Assembly: GCA_913055745.1 (NCBI GenBank)
Contig: CAJXJZ010000003.1
Coordinates: 6,664 to 70,663 of the forward strand
DNA: 64,000 bases
Source: an uncultured bacterium
GTDB taxonomy: Bacteria > Hydrothermota > Hydrothermia > UBA1063 > CAJXJZ01
Direction of reading: 5' to 3'
The notes under the pieces are model-generated. The model did no database searches. It was not told the DNA's origin and saw only the letters and a program-made list of their open reading frames with translations. The position numbers and the translations under genes are program-made. Positions 1-9,859 of the stretch are shown here, one piece after another. Position 1 is the first letter of the stretch, and each line of letters begins with the position of its first letter.

Positions 1-1165
1 TTGCCGAAGCAAGAGGAAGATGCTCGCGTGGGCAATACTCATTGGGTGAATGAGCCAGGGATTCTATACCAGGGCCAAATCCAAAGGCTGGAATATTGTA
101 CATGCCTGAAATAGTTACTCCATTTGTGCTAAAGGTCCATTTGCTAACCCTTGGTTTTTTATTGAAAAGACCCTCATATGCCTTCTTTGCTGTCAAAAGA
201 TATGGATCTCTTTCATCCATAAGCCAAGTGGGATAATACTTTTTCATTGGCAACAGATATCCTTTATAGGATTTCTTCTCATACATGGGTACATTTACGG
301 TTGCATTATATTTTCTGACGGATTTTAAAGATGATATTTCATTTACTGCACTCTCAAGGCTCTCACCAAGGGTGAGTCTCCTGTCTATATAAATATCAGC
401 ATAATCTGCAACAGCACAGAGGGATGGACCATGTCCCCTTATTCTTGATACTGCGAGTGTACCCTTTCCAAGAAAATCGTGTTCTTTTAGCCGGGGTGCA
501 AGTTCTTCTAAATCCTTTACTATATCTGCCGCCTTATAGATGGCATTGTCTCCAAGATGTGGAAATGCTCCATGTGCCGACCTTCCATGCACGACGATTT
601 CTATCTCCATTCTCCCTCTGTGTCCTCTATAAATACCAAGGTCTGTAGGCTCTGTAAGCACAACGATGTCAGGCCTAAAGTTCTCTTTTTCAATAAGATA
701 AATCCATGGGAGCCCATCACTATCCTCTTCCATAATAGAACCTATACCATAAAAAGTGAAATCCCCTTCAATTCCAAGGTCTTTTATGATTTTCCCTGCA
801 TAAACTAATGATGCCATACCTGCCTTTTGGTCTGATGAACCACGTCCTATCACCTTATCATTTAATACTTTGCCTTTGAATGGTTCAAAATCCCATAAAG
901 AAAGGTCTCCACTATCTACAACATCTATGTGTGCATCAAACGCGATCTTTTTCTTTCCATTTCCAATGCGGCCCTTTACATTGCCAAAATCGTCAATACT
1001 CACCTCATCAAAACCAACCTTTTCCATCTCCTCTTTTATGCGTAAGGCCACCTCTTCTTCCTCACCTGAAAGGCTCTTTATGGATACTAAATCACTGAGG
1101 AAACCAGCTATATTCTCCTCTTCTTTCATAGCACGTTTTAATATGTCTTCATACTTCATATTCAT
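1..1165 (-). CDS. ygeY: M20 family metallohydrolase, YgeY-like (3' end truncated by window edge)
   Basis: Not in ORF track. My translation: MNMKYEDILKRA...FDAHIDVV...GRGSSDQKAG...MEEDSDG...HGRSAHGA...AHSPNEYCP (M20 Zn-ligand motifs). SD AGGAGG precedes ATG 1165/1159; frame stays open to position 2. Confidence 0.8.
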   Translation of the reverse strand, partial: MNMKYEDILKRAMKEEENIAGFLSDLVSIKSLSGEEEEVALRIKEEMEKVGFDEVSIDDFGNVKGRIGNGKKKIAFDAHIDVVDSGDLSLWDFEPFKGKVLNDKVIGRGSSDQKAGMASLVYAGKIIKDLGIEGDFTFYGIGSIMEEDSDGLPWIYLIEKENFRPDIVVLTEPTDLGIYRGHRGRMEIEIVVHGRSAHGAFPHLGDNAIYKAADIVKDLEELAPRLKEHDFLGKGTLAVSRIRGHGPSLCAVADYADIYIDRRLTLGESLESAVNEISSLKSVRKYNATVNVPMYEKKSYKGYLLPMKKYYPTWLMDERDPYLLTAKKAYEGLFNKKPRVSKWTFSTNGVTISGMYNIPAFGFGPGIESLAHSPNEYCPREHLPLASA

Positions 1166-1208
1166 ACCTCCTGTTTAAGGAAGAGAATTATACACCCAAA
1201 AAATTGTA

Positions 1209-2783
1209 CTATAAACGACTTAGCACACCTTTTTTAAATAAGTATGCGATGTATTCTCCAAAGGCATCTTTATCTGGTTTTTCACCGCTTTCTTTTTCAA
1301 CAAGATGCAAGATGTCTTTGAAACTCCTTTTTCCATCAATGTAGTATAAAAACTGTGTAAAGTTTATGTAACCTTTTTTGTTTGAGAGGATTTTATACCA
1401 TCTTATGCGTTCTTTTATGTCCTCATCCATCAAGGGTATGAAAACACCCTTTTTCTTTAAACTAAATACATCTCCTATGTGGCCTGCAGTAGTTCTTTTT
1501 TCTATAAAAATACTATCTTTTTTCAAAAGATATGGCATGGAAGCCATTAGTATAACATTTCTCCATATAGCCTTTGGGTCTATATGTGATATTACATCGT
1601 GGTCTGTATGGTAATACTTGCAAGGCCAGTGGATAAGCATTGGCATGGGTATTTTCATATCTATATCCTGAAAAAGGAGATGGTCGCTTCCTCCGTCAAA
1701 TGGCCTTATGTAGACAGCATAAGGATAATCAAGATATTCATGCACCCTATCCACATGTTTTTTGAATTCTTTATGTATATTTGTCTTTAAATTGCCATGA
1801 GGCCTCTCTATTATGACCCTGCCTTCTGTCTTTTGAAGGTCACTTCCTACCATGTCAAAATTAAAGCCAGCAAAGATATCATTCAGGATATCCTTCTCTT
1901 TTTCTATAAATAAGGCACTTCCCCACATCTCTGGTACAAAGAGAAAATATACTGTATAAGGAGGCTTTTTTAAGACTCCCCTGTGCTGCATCTTTTTCAT
2001 GGTTATCAAGGCATATAAAAGGCTTGTTGCACCAGAGCCGTTGTCATTTGCCTCACCACGAGCATGGCATGTGTGTGCAACATAAAGTATGGCATCTTTG
2101 CTCTCCCCTTCTATCTTAGAGAGGAGATAATAATTTGTATTGTCCTCAAACACGCTATGAGTATTTATTTCTATATATGCCTTTTTTCCATGACTTAGAT
2201 GCTCTTTTAATTTGTTTGCCTCATTATTGGTGAGAACAATGCCAACATATTCATCCTCTTTGGGGGCATAATACCAAAATTGGTACTTCTTACGCGCTTT
2301 TTCGTAGGCATTTGGGTCATAAACTACAATGCCTTTAGATTTTTTCGTATATAGATACTCAGAAAGTCCTTTTTTAAAATCAGATACAAGAACAAATTTA
2401 TTCTTTGTATCTTTTGCATCCTCTAATACCACCCTATATCTTCCCTTTATATTACCACTTCTTTGTACAAATGTGAAGGGATTTAAATCAAAATCAACAT
2501 GCAATTGCCTTTTTCCCATAAAAAGGGTTGCTTCAAGCCTAACGGGTCTATATCCTTTAAAATAGGGAAAGCCATAGAGCCTCTCATAGGGCTTCATTGG
2601 ATATGCTACGAATTTATTCCAGATGCCATACATGTCCATCACTTTCTTTATAAACTCCATGCCCTCTCTCATACCAGGGGTTCCCTGTATGCGATGGTAC
2701 GAGATGAAATCAGCGAGCAGGGAGTAATACTCTTCTTCTCGTAAAAACCTCAGAATGTCATCATAAATACTCTCTCTCTTCAT
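1209..2783 (-). CDS. DUF4910 / M28 aminopeptidase-like protein
   Basis: M28-type motifs AHTCH, ANDNGSG, PEMWG, DMVG, GSDH, YYHT. Start moved from 2855 to ATG 2783 (GGAGG SD upstream, overlaps waaA stop). Confidence 0.7.
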   Translation of the reverse strand: MKRESIYDDILRFLREEEYYSLLADFISYHRIQGTPGMREGMEFIKKVMDMYGIWNKFVAYPMKPYERLYGFPYFKGYRPVRLEATLFMGKRQLHVDFDLNPFTFVQRSGNIKGRYRVVLEDAKDTKNKFVLVSDFKKGLSEYLYTKKSKGIVVYDPNAYEKARKKYQFWYYAPKEDEYVGIVLTNNEANKLKEHLSHGKKAYIEINTHSVFEDNTNYYLLSKIEGESKDAILYVAHTCHARGEANDNGSGATSLLYALITMKKMQHRGVLKKPPYTVYFLFVPEMWGSALFIEKEKDILNDIFAGFNFDMVGSDLQKTEGRVIIERPHGNLKTNIHKEFKKHVDRVHEYLDYPYAVYIRPFDGGSDHLLFQDIDMKIPMPMLIHWPCKYYHTDHDVISHIDPKAIWRNVILMASMPYLLKKDSIFIEKRTTAGHIGDVFSLKKKGVFIPLMDEDIKERIRWYKILSNKKGYINFTQFLYYIDGKRSFKDILHLVEKESGEKPDKDAFGEYIAYLFKKGVLSRL

Positions 2784-3960
2784 CCAAATCCTCCCTGATG
2801 CGCTCGTAAACCTTAGATGAAAACTCTTTGAGTTGCTGAACAAACTGTAAGGCATTTTGTCCTGCTAATATGAGCTGTTTTCTCTCTTTGTACAGCATGA
2901 GTATTCTATTTTTAAGTTCTTCACTATCCTTTACCCCAAAGCCACCACCTGCCTTCTTAAGGCCCATCGCCTCATCCATTATGTTATGTACAAAAGGGCC
3001 AAAAAGCACGGGTTTTGCAAAGATTGCAGGCTCAAGCACATTGTGCCCTCCATAGTTTTCAAGGGTTCCCCCCACAAAAACGACATTTGCAAGGTAATAA
3101 AACCTTTTAAGTTCTCCAAGGGTATCAACTATATACACCTTGTCTTTCTTGTATTTACTCTTCGTTCTCTTGGTATATGGGATATTATACTCTTTGAGTT
3201 TTTCTTCTAAAAGGCCCACGCGAGAGAGATGTCGTGGGGCAATTATAATGCCAATACCCATTTCCATGAGTGGACCTGTGATACTTACAATATGAGGTAT
3301 TTCCCTCCCTCGAACACTTCCAAAAACAACGACAAATTCATTCTCTGGTATGCCAATTTCTTCTCTTTTTATAAGTTCTGATGGATCAATACCAAGCCCA
3401 TCTACCTTTGTATTACCCACAAAACTTAACTTGTCCTCAGGCACGCCCAATGCCTTAAATCTATTGTACTGGAAGGTGGACATGGGAAAAATCAGATTAA
3501 ATTTTGAGAGCAAATTTCTATAAAAACCCTTTAAACCTCTCATGCGTTTCATATTCTTGTCTGATAACCGGGCGTTTATAAGGTAGAGTTTGGTATAATT
3601 TGAGGATATATTTATAAGATTGGGCCATAATTCTGTTTCCACAATAATCACTGCCCTTATATGTTTTTTGTCAAAAACTTTTCTAATAAAAGACGGTTTA
3701 TCGTAGGGGAACCTCACAGCCTCTAAGCTTAAGTTATCTTTGTACAATGTTTTTATCCGCTTGTATCCTGAGGATGTGAACACAGTAGCAAATACTAAGT
3801 AACCATTTTCAAGGAATTTATCTATAAGCCCCCCTGCTGCATTTATCTCACCTAAGGACGCAATATGAAACCATACAGAAGGACGAGATGCACCCCCAAC
3901 CTCTGGAGATTTTATGGGCAAAGTAAATATTGTGCTAAGGGCCTTGTAAATCCTGTACAT
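2761..3960 (-). CDS. waaA: 3-deoxy-D-manno-octulosonic acid (Kdo) transferase
   Basis: WFHIASLGE, VETELWPN, INARLS, APRH, DTLGEL, GGHNVLEPA motifs. Confidence 0.92.
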   Translation of the reverse strand: MYRIYKALSTIFTLPIKSPEVGGASRPSVWFHIASLGEINAAGGLIDKFLENGYLVFATVFTSSGYKRIKTLYKDNLSLEAVRFPYDKPSFIRKVFDKKHIRAVIIVETELWPNLINISSNYTKLYLINARLSDKNMKRMRGLKGFYRNLLSKFNLIFPMSTFQYNRFKALGVPEDKLSFVGNTKVDGLGIDPSELIKREEIGIPENEFVVVFGSVRGREIPHIVSITGPLMEMGIGIIIAPRHLSRVGLLEEKLKEYNIPYTKRTKSKYKKDKVYIVDTLGELKRFYYLANVVFVGGTLENYGGHNVLEPAIFAKPVLFGPFVHNIMDEAMGLKKAGGGFGVKDSEELKNRILMLYKERKQLILAGQNALQFVQQLKEFSSKVYERIREDLDEEREYL

Positions 3961-5271
3961 TTACCTTTTTATCTTCCTCTCTCTTGACGATGGGATACCC
4001 AATTTCTTTCTCTTTTGAGTTACAGTCCTTCTCTTTATCTTTATCCCTCTTTGGTTCAAAATGGCCGTAATTTCCTCATCAGAAAGTGGATATGCCTTAT
4101 CCTCACTATCAATAATTTCTTTAATAATATCTAAAAGTTCGTCCTGAGAAAGAGTGAAATTTGTACCCCTTACTCCATGTTTAAAGAAAAAACGCAATGC
4201 GAATACGCCTCTTGGAGTATCTGCATATTTCTCTTTAAGTATGCGATTGAGTGTAGAAGGTGGGATATCAAGTTCTAAGGCGGCATCCTTCTGACTCACA
4301 GGGACAGGAAAGGACACCTTTCCTAAAAGAAAATCCTCCTGCTTTTGTGCTATAAATTCGGCAATCCTCCGTATATATTCCTTCCTTTTAATTAATGCCT
4401 CTCGGAATTTTTGTGCGCTTTTGTATTTTTTAGCAAGGAACCTTTTTATATCCTTAGGCGTCTTATCTGACTTCAACATCTCTTCATACACAGGGTTTAT
4501 ACTTAGACTCGTAAAGGGTGATTCATAGAGTTCAACCTGTATTTTTTGGTTAACTATCCTAAATATTATCTCAGGGATAATATATGATGTGGATGACTGC
4601 TCATAAAGGCTGAAAGGATAAGGCAAGAGACTTATTTTAAGATTATGGGTAATCTCTCTTATTTTATCTTCATCAAGTTTTTTGGAAAAATCTTCAAATT
4701 CTTCTTCAGAAATCAGTTTCCTTGATAAGAGTTGAAAGAGCAAAAACTCTGTTATTGAAAGGCTACCTGAGCCCTTAGGGTCAAACTCCATAAAACACCG
4801 CCTTATCTTTCTTACATATTCTAATTCTTCCTTCGTTTTTTCTGCAAGTTCTTCCTCGCTTATACTAAGAAATCCCTTGCCATCAAGATTGTCTAATATT
4901 GCCATACCTATTTTCCTATCTTTTTCATCTGTAAACTCGGCACTCGCCTGCACCTCAAGCCTATCCCAAACAGAAACAGGAGGACTCTCAAGGACCTCCT
5001 CAAAGGATGGCGTATCCTCCTCATATCCTCCCATAGGATGGGCATTGAGTTCTGGTTCATAGGGAAAGTCTTGTGCCTTCTTTAACATCCTATCAATACT
5101 TTTTTCTAAACTATCTGGAAGATCAAGCATAGGGTTTGCCTCTACTTCATTGATAACAGCCTCTTCAAGTTCAAGCGCAGGAAGTTCAAGTATTTTAGCC
5201 TCCAAAATTAGAAGTGGAATGGGCTGAACTCTTAGTTCAAGCCTTTTTTGCAATCTGTGTTCAAGTTTCAT
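3961..5271 (-). CDS. rpoN: RNA polymerase sigma-54 factor (divergent)
   Basis: Region I/ELEE..NPML, core-binding region, TPRGVF..FF, PLSDE, RpoN-box-like RRTVTQKR; lies downstream of lptB as usual. Confidence 0.9.
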   Translation of the reverse strand: MKLEHRLQKRLELRVQPIPLLILEAKILELPALELEEAVINEVEANPMLDLPDSLEKSIDRMLKKAQDFPYEPELNAHPMGGYEEDTPSFEEVLESPPVSVWDRLEVQASAEFTDEKDRKIGMAILDNLDGKGFLSISEEELAEKTKEELEYVRKIRRCFMEFDPKGSGSLSITEFLLFQLLSRKLISEEEFEDFSKKLDEDKIREITHNLKISLLPYPFSLYEQSSTSYIIPEIIFRIVNQKIQVELYESPFTSLSINPVYEEMLKSDKTPKDIKRFLAKKYKSAQKFREALIKRKEYIRRIAEFIAQKQEDFLLGKVSFPVPVSQKDAALELDIPPSTLNRILKEKYADTPRGVFALRFFFKHGVRGTNFTLSQDELLDIIKEIIDSEDKAYPLSDEEITAILNQRGIKIKRRTVTQKRKKLGIPSSRERKIKR

Positions 5272-5990
5272 AGATTAAACCTCCTACCCAAATAGATTTT
5301 CCTTGCCTCTTCATTGTTTATCAACTCCTCTGCTGTCCCATGCAACAAAATCTTACCGTCATATATTATATAGGCTCTATCACAGACAGCAAGAGTTTCC
5401 CTAACATTATGATCAGTAATGAGGACGCCAATACCCATACCCTTGAGTTGAACGATAATATCCTGTATTTCTTCACGGGTCTTTGGATCTATGCCAGTAA
5501 AGGGTTCATCAAGTAGTAAGATACGAGGTTCTATGGCAAGCGCTCTTGCTACTTCAAGCCTCCTTCTTTCTCCGCCTGATAGGGTAAGGGCAAGTGAATC
5601 CTTTATATGGTAAATTTTGAGCAATTTCAGGAGTTCTTCTGTTTTCTTTCTTCTCTTTTCTTTATCCACTTTTCTCATCTCAAGCACTGCATCAATATTC
5701 TCCCATACTTTGAGCCTTCTAAAAACAGAACTCTCCTGTGGCAAATAACTAATACCAAGACGAGCCCTTTTATACATGGGATAAGAGGATATGTCTATAT
5801 TATCAAAATATACTTTTCCAGCATTAGGCTTTACTGCCCCCATAACCATATAAAATGTAGTGGTTTTTCCTGCACCATTTGGCCCTAACAGCCCTACCAC
5901 CTCACCCTCACTAACGCTTATGTCAATACCTTTTACAACAACCCTTTTCTTGTATATCTTCTTAAGGCCCTCTGCACGAAGTTCACTCAT
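5268..5990 (-). CDS. lptB: LPS export ABC transporter ATP-binding protein
   Basis: GPNGAGKTT, LSGGERRR, LLDEPFTGIDP, TDHNVRET, YLG C-terminus. Confidence 0.95.
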   Translation of the reverse strand: MSELRAEGLKKIYKKRVVVKGIDISVSEGEVVGLLGPNGAGKTTTFYMVMGAVKPNAGKVYFDNIDISSYPMYKRARLGISYLPQESSVFRRLKVWENIDAVLEMRKVDKEKRRKKTEELLKLLKIYHIKDSLALTLSGGERRRLEVARALAIEPRILLLDEPFTGIDPKTREEIQDIIVQLKGMGIGVLITDHNVRETLAVCDRAYIIYDGKILLHGTAEELINNEEARKIYLGRRFNL

Positions 5991-6849
5991 CTTTTTTCCT
6001 CTCTTTTAATACCCCATTAGAATTCTCTGCAATAAGCGCCCTCAGACTATCTTTCTTAAAGAATACCCTGAAAAGTCCTGCATCAAGTTTTATATCATTA
6101 TCTTTTCCATATTTTTCAAGATGACACTTCCCTTTTAAGATAAGACTATCAAGTTTTTCATCTTTTAAATAAAAAAATGCGGTATCGCTCTTTGCCATCC
6201 CCGAATCCCACACAATGCTAACATTCCCCAAAAAACTTCCAAAAGAGTCTGATTTATAATAGAAAAAGGTATCTCCCTTAATGGTGTATTTTCCACTCTC
6301 TATACGAGATGACTTATCTGACATAACTGTATCTTTTGACATTCTTATGTATGTTCCCAAAAACCTGAGCGTATCCTTTCCCATGCTAAATACACGCACA
6401 TCCCTGCCCAGGAGCGTATAGATAGAATCATAAGATTGGAGGGTGTCTGCATAAAAGACAATATTTTTGCTTACAATATTACCATGTACGGCCCAGGTAG
6501 CATAGAGGGTATCTTTGTTTACACGAACCCTCTGTGCCCTCAGCGTATCTTTTTTATTCTGCACTATTTCACATGCACCCATAAAAATGATTATATTACC
6601 ATCTTCCCGTAATATCAAAGAATCACTTTTGGCATCTGTGTTTGGTGTTGAAAGCCTTACATTACCACCAAGGAAAAGTAGATTGCTATCTTCAACAAAA
6701 GTCCCATATAATCCCTCTATATTCATGGTATCATTGTATATACGCACAGAATCCAATAGTTTTGTTATATACATACTATCCTTTTTTTCAAGTTTTAAAA
6801 TGCCTGCTTCAAAATTAAATGCAAAAATTGTTAGCAATACTAACATCAT
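5983..6849 (-). CDS. LptA/OstA-like beta-jellyroll periplasmic protein
   Basis: N-terminal hydrophobic signal, repeated beta-strand pattern (GNV, ADTL), position upstream of lptB. Start set at ATG 6849, 6 nt below a TATAAT box. Confidence 0.65.
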   Translation of the reverse strand: MMLVLLTIFAFNFEAGILKLEKKDSMYITKLLDSVRIYNDTMNIEGLYGTFVEDSNLLFLGGNVRLSTPNTDAKSDSLILREDGNIIIFMGACEIVQNKKDTLRAQRVRVNKDTLYATWAVHGNIVSKNIVFYADTLQSYDSIYTLLGRDVRVFSMGKDTLRFLGTYIRMSKDTVMSDKSSRIESGKYTIKGDTFFYYKSDSFGSFLGNVSIVWDSGMAKSDTAFFYLKDEKLDSLILKGKCHLEKYGKDNDIKLDAGLFRVFFKKDSLRALIAENSNGVLKERKKDE

Positions 6850-6855
6850 TACATT

Positions 6856-6884
6856 ATTATATAATAGTCTCAATGAAAATACAA
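6856..6884 (-). promoter_or_regulatory. sigma70-type promoter, leaderless, for lptA-like/lptB/rpoN/waaA operon
   Basis: TTGTAT-17-TATAAT-6-ATG on minus strand. Confidence 0.6.
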
Positions 6885-6909
6885 AACGATTAAAAGTCCT
6901 TACAATCTT

Positions 6910-6938
6910 TTCTTATTACACATACACCTCAGTATAAT
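6910..6938 (+). promoter_or_regulatory. sigma70-type promoter, leaderless, for epimerase operon
   Basis: TTCTTA-17-TATAAT(6933-6938)-7-ATG(6946); no SD. Confidence 0.5.
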
Positions 6939-6945
6939 ATATGTC

Positions 6946-7917
6946 ATGCGAATACTTTTAGCAGGTGGTGCAGGCTTTGTTGGTTCCCATCTTGTGGATG
7001 TGCTTTTAGAAGGAGGACACGAGATTATTGTTGTTGATACCTTAGAAAAGGGAAGACTTGAAAACATTAAGCATCACATAGGCAAAAAGAATTTCACTTT
7101 CATAAAACAGGATATAAGAACATTCACCTATGATGGGGAACTGGATACAATCGTTAATCTTGTTGCTTCAAAAATTCCACGGTATTCCAGCGGACTTAAA
7201 ACCCTTACGCTCAATGTTGATGTGGGAAGGTACCTCCTCAATATGGCAAGGGAAAAACATGCAAGATACATACTCATTTCAACGTCAGATGTTTATGGAA
7301 AGAGCAAGGATTTTCCCTTTAGAGAAGACGGCGATCTTGTTTTGGGTCCCTCAACTTCAAGAAGATGGACATACGCTGTTTCAAAGATCTACAATGAGCA
7401 CCTTACATTTGCATATATAGACGAGTACAATATTAATGCCACCATCTTAAGGTATTTTGGTATATATGGACCAAGACAGTATCTTAATTGGTGGGGTGGG
7501 CCCATAGGGGTTTTTATTGATGCTATATATAATGATAAAGAGGTTGAAATACACGGAGATGGCAAACAAAAACGAAGTTTTATCTATATTGAAGATGTTA
7601 AAAATGCTACATTAAAGGTTATTGAGCGAGAAGATCTGAATGGTGAAATTATAAATATAGGCACAGAGGAGGAAATATCTATATTAGAACTTGCTGCGCT
7701 CATAGGTGAACTTCTTCGTAAAAAACCTACGCTAAGATTTATACCTTATGAGCATTTTTCACCCAATTATGAAGACCCTAAAAGGCGGATAGGCTCCATA
7801 GAAAAGGCAAAAAGGCTACTTTCATTTGAACCTGGGTTCACCTTAAAAGAAGGGCTTAAAAAAACCATTGAATGGTACGAAAAAACAAGGAGCGATAAAA
7901 AATGGAGCACGGATTGA
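6946..7917 (+). CDS. NAD-dependent epimerase/dehydratase (extended SDR, ArnA-decarboxylase/UXS-like)
   Basis: GGAGFVG, STSDVYG, RWTYAVSK (YxxxK), YGPRQ, GDGKQKRSFIYI. Confidence 0.85.
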   Translation: MRILLAGGAGFVGSHLVDVLLEGGHEIIVVDTLEKGRLENIKHHIGKKNFTFIKQDIRTFTYDGELDTIVNLVASKIPRYSSGLKTLTLNVDVGRYLLNMAREKHARYILISTSDVYGKSKDFPFREDGDLVLGPSTSRRWTYAVSKIYNEHLTFAYIDEYNINATILRYFGIYGPRQYLNWWGGPIGVFIDAIYNDKEVEIHGDGKQKRSFIYIEDVKNATLKVIEREDLNGEIINIGTEEEISILELAALIGELLRKKPTLRFIPYEHFSPNYEDPKRRIGSIEKAKRLLSFEPGFTLKEGLKKTIEWYEKTRSDKKWSTD

Positions 7918-9134
7918 GTGTGTTATTTTACATTGCACTTATGCTTCTTTTGGGTTATCTCGGTGGGTATATAGCAAATAAACTCAAACTTCCAAGGGTT
8001 TCAGGCTATATCATTATGGGTATGCTTCTTTCTCCTTCAATACTAAGGATATTACCCCAATCATTCGTAAATAGTTCTCACATAATAACTGATCTTGCAT
8101 TATCAATAGTTACTTATATGATAGGTGGTTCCTTGGCATATGATAGAATAAAGCGGCTTGGAAAGGTCATAACACTTATAACTGTCTTTGAGGCTGAAAT
8201 GGCGTTTTTATTTATGATAGGTTTCTTTGCCCTACTTTTACCAACCCTCATGCCCAATCTTGGGCCTTATACATCATTTTATCTTCCCTTTGTATTTCTT
8301 CTTGCGGCTATGGCATCACCGACAGACCCTGTGGCTTCATTGGCTGTTATCCATGAATACAATGCCCGTGGGACATTAACCACTACCCTATTGGGCGTTG
8401 CGGCGGCAGACGATGCCTTTGGTATAATAAACTTTAGTATTGCGACAAGCCTCGCACTTGTGTTTTCGCAGGGAGGACATCTTTCTATTGTCTCATTGGT
8501 AATAGAGCCATTAAAGGACATCATACTTTCTATTTTAGTTGGTATTTTGGGCGGGTTTTTAATATTTATACTCACAAAAAAGGTTAATCGTGATAGCGGT
8601 ATTATAGTCCTTGTCTTCGGTTCGCTGTTTTTGACTTATTCTATAGCCGAATATTTTAAACTTGATCCTCTTCTTTCTACCATGAGCGCTGGTGCTACAG
8701 TGGTTAACATGAAAATAGATACAAACAAACTCTTTGTGACGATAGAGAAGTACTATGAAGAACTGATTTTTATCCTATTCTTTGTACTCGGTGGTGCCTT
8801 CTTGCAAATTAAGGCATTCGTGATGGCATTACTCGTGGTAATTTTCTTCATCATTATAAGATTCGCAGGCAAGTTTAGTGGTGTATTTATTGGAAGTAAA
8901 CTCTCTAAGGCGCCTAAGGTAATCTCTAAATATCTTGCATTCGGCCTTTTCCCTCAAGGTGGGATAGTGGTTGGACTTGCCCTAACAGTGGCGAAGTTCC
9001 CACAATTCCACAAGTTCAGTGTGTATCTAATAAACATAATACTTGGAACAACCGCTCTACACGAACTACTGGGTCCTATATCTTCAAGATTTGCCATAAG
9101 TAAGGCAGGTGAATTACCCAGCGAGAAGAAATGA
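7902..9134 (+). CDS. Cation:proton antiporter (CPA2/Kef-type)
   Basis: About 12 TM segments, LPRVSGYI, ASPTDP, AAADD, FFVLGG, R..GK, PQGG..VGL. Confidence 0.85.
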   Translation: MEHGLSVLFYIALMLLLGYLGGYIANKLKLPRVSGYIIMGMLLSPSILRILPQSFVNSSHIITDLALSIVTYMIGGSLAYDRIKRLGKVITLITVFEAEMAFLFMIGFFALLLPTLMPNLGPYTSFYLPFVFLLAAMASPTDPVASLAVIHEYNARGTLTTTLLGVAAADDAFGIINFSIATSLALVFSQGGHLSIVSLVIEPLKDIILSILVGILGGFLIFILTKKVNRDSGIIVLVFGSLFLTYSIAEYFKLDPLLSTMSAGATVVNMKIDTNKLFVTIEKYYEELIFILFFVLGGAFLQIKAFVMALLVVIFFIIIRFAGKFSGVFIGSKLSKAPKVISKYLAFGLFPQGGIVVGLALTVAKFPQFHKFSVYLINIILGTTALHELLGPISSRFAISKAGELPSEKK

Positions 9135-9859
9135 AGGTATTTATTAATGATACGCCTATAAAAGCAAAACTATGGATTTTTGATAAGGATGGAACATTGG
9201 TCTCGCTTGATGGATGGGCCAGGATAATGGATAAAAGGCTAAAACTTATAAAACAAAAGTATGGAGACCATGCAATGGAAATGGTAAAGCCTGTATTGGG
9301 ATTTAAAGGTGGTAAATTTGATATAAAACACATACTCTACACAACAAGGGATGAAACATCAAGAGAATGTGCAAAAATATTAAAAAGGCCACAATCTGAG
9401 ATACTGAGTATCTTCAAGGAGGCAGATAAGATACTAAATCATGGCGTTTTCACACCGATAAAGGGGGCAAAAAGGGTCCTATCCATGCTGTATAAATCTT
9501 TTAATGTCGTGATTTTGACTAATGACCTTGAAAAGAGGACATCTAAGATATTAAATGATATGGACATACCATACCACCAGGTTGTGGGTGCTGATACCTT
9601 CGGGTATCATAAGCCTGACCCACGACTCGTTTTTGAAATTATGAAGGTCTTTGGTATTAAAGATGTAAAGGATGTGGTAATTGTGGGTGATTCTGGGCAC
9701 GATATTGAGACAGGCCGCAAGGCAGGAGCCATCTCAATTGGTGTGCTCTCTGGAGTTGAAGACAAAGATGGTTTAAAAGATGCAGATTTTATTATCGGTA
9801 GTGTGAATGATATAAAAATAAAGGAGGTTATAAATGAAAGTGCCAAGAAATATTTTTAG
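9131..9859 (+). CDS. HAD-family hydrolase (phosphoglycolate phosphatase-like)
   Basis: DKDGTL motif I, TND, KPDP, VGDS..D motif IV. Confidence 0.85.
   Translation: MKVFINDTPIKAKLWIFDKDGTLVSLDGWARIMDKRLKLIKQKYGDHAMEMVKPVLGFKGGKFDIKHILYTTRDETSRECAKILKRPQSEILSIFKEADKILNHGVFTPIKGAKRVLSMLYKSFNVVILTNDLEKRTSKILNDMDIPYHQVVGADTFGYHKPDPRLVFEIMKVFGIKDVKDVVIVGDSGHDIETGRKAGAISIGVLSGVEDKDGLKDADFIIGSVNDIKIKEVINESAKKYF

Noticed and set aside
1-1165. Possible selenium/selenocysteine link of the YgeY-like gene
   Set aside because: No in-frame UGA, SECIS-like hairpin or sel/yge neighbour genes are visible in the window.
424-1178. Plus-strand ORFs (74, 83, 102, 72 aa) in the first 1.2 kb
   Set aside because: They are antisense shadows of the edge-truncated YgeY-like gene, which has clear M20 motifs. 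The same applies to the many short antisense ORFs across the ribosomal cluster.
2768-2781. (CT)n microsatellite at the waaA/DUF4910 overlap
   Set aside because: Only about five units, encoding Glu/Arg in two overlapping frames; no evidence of phase variation.
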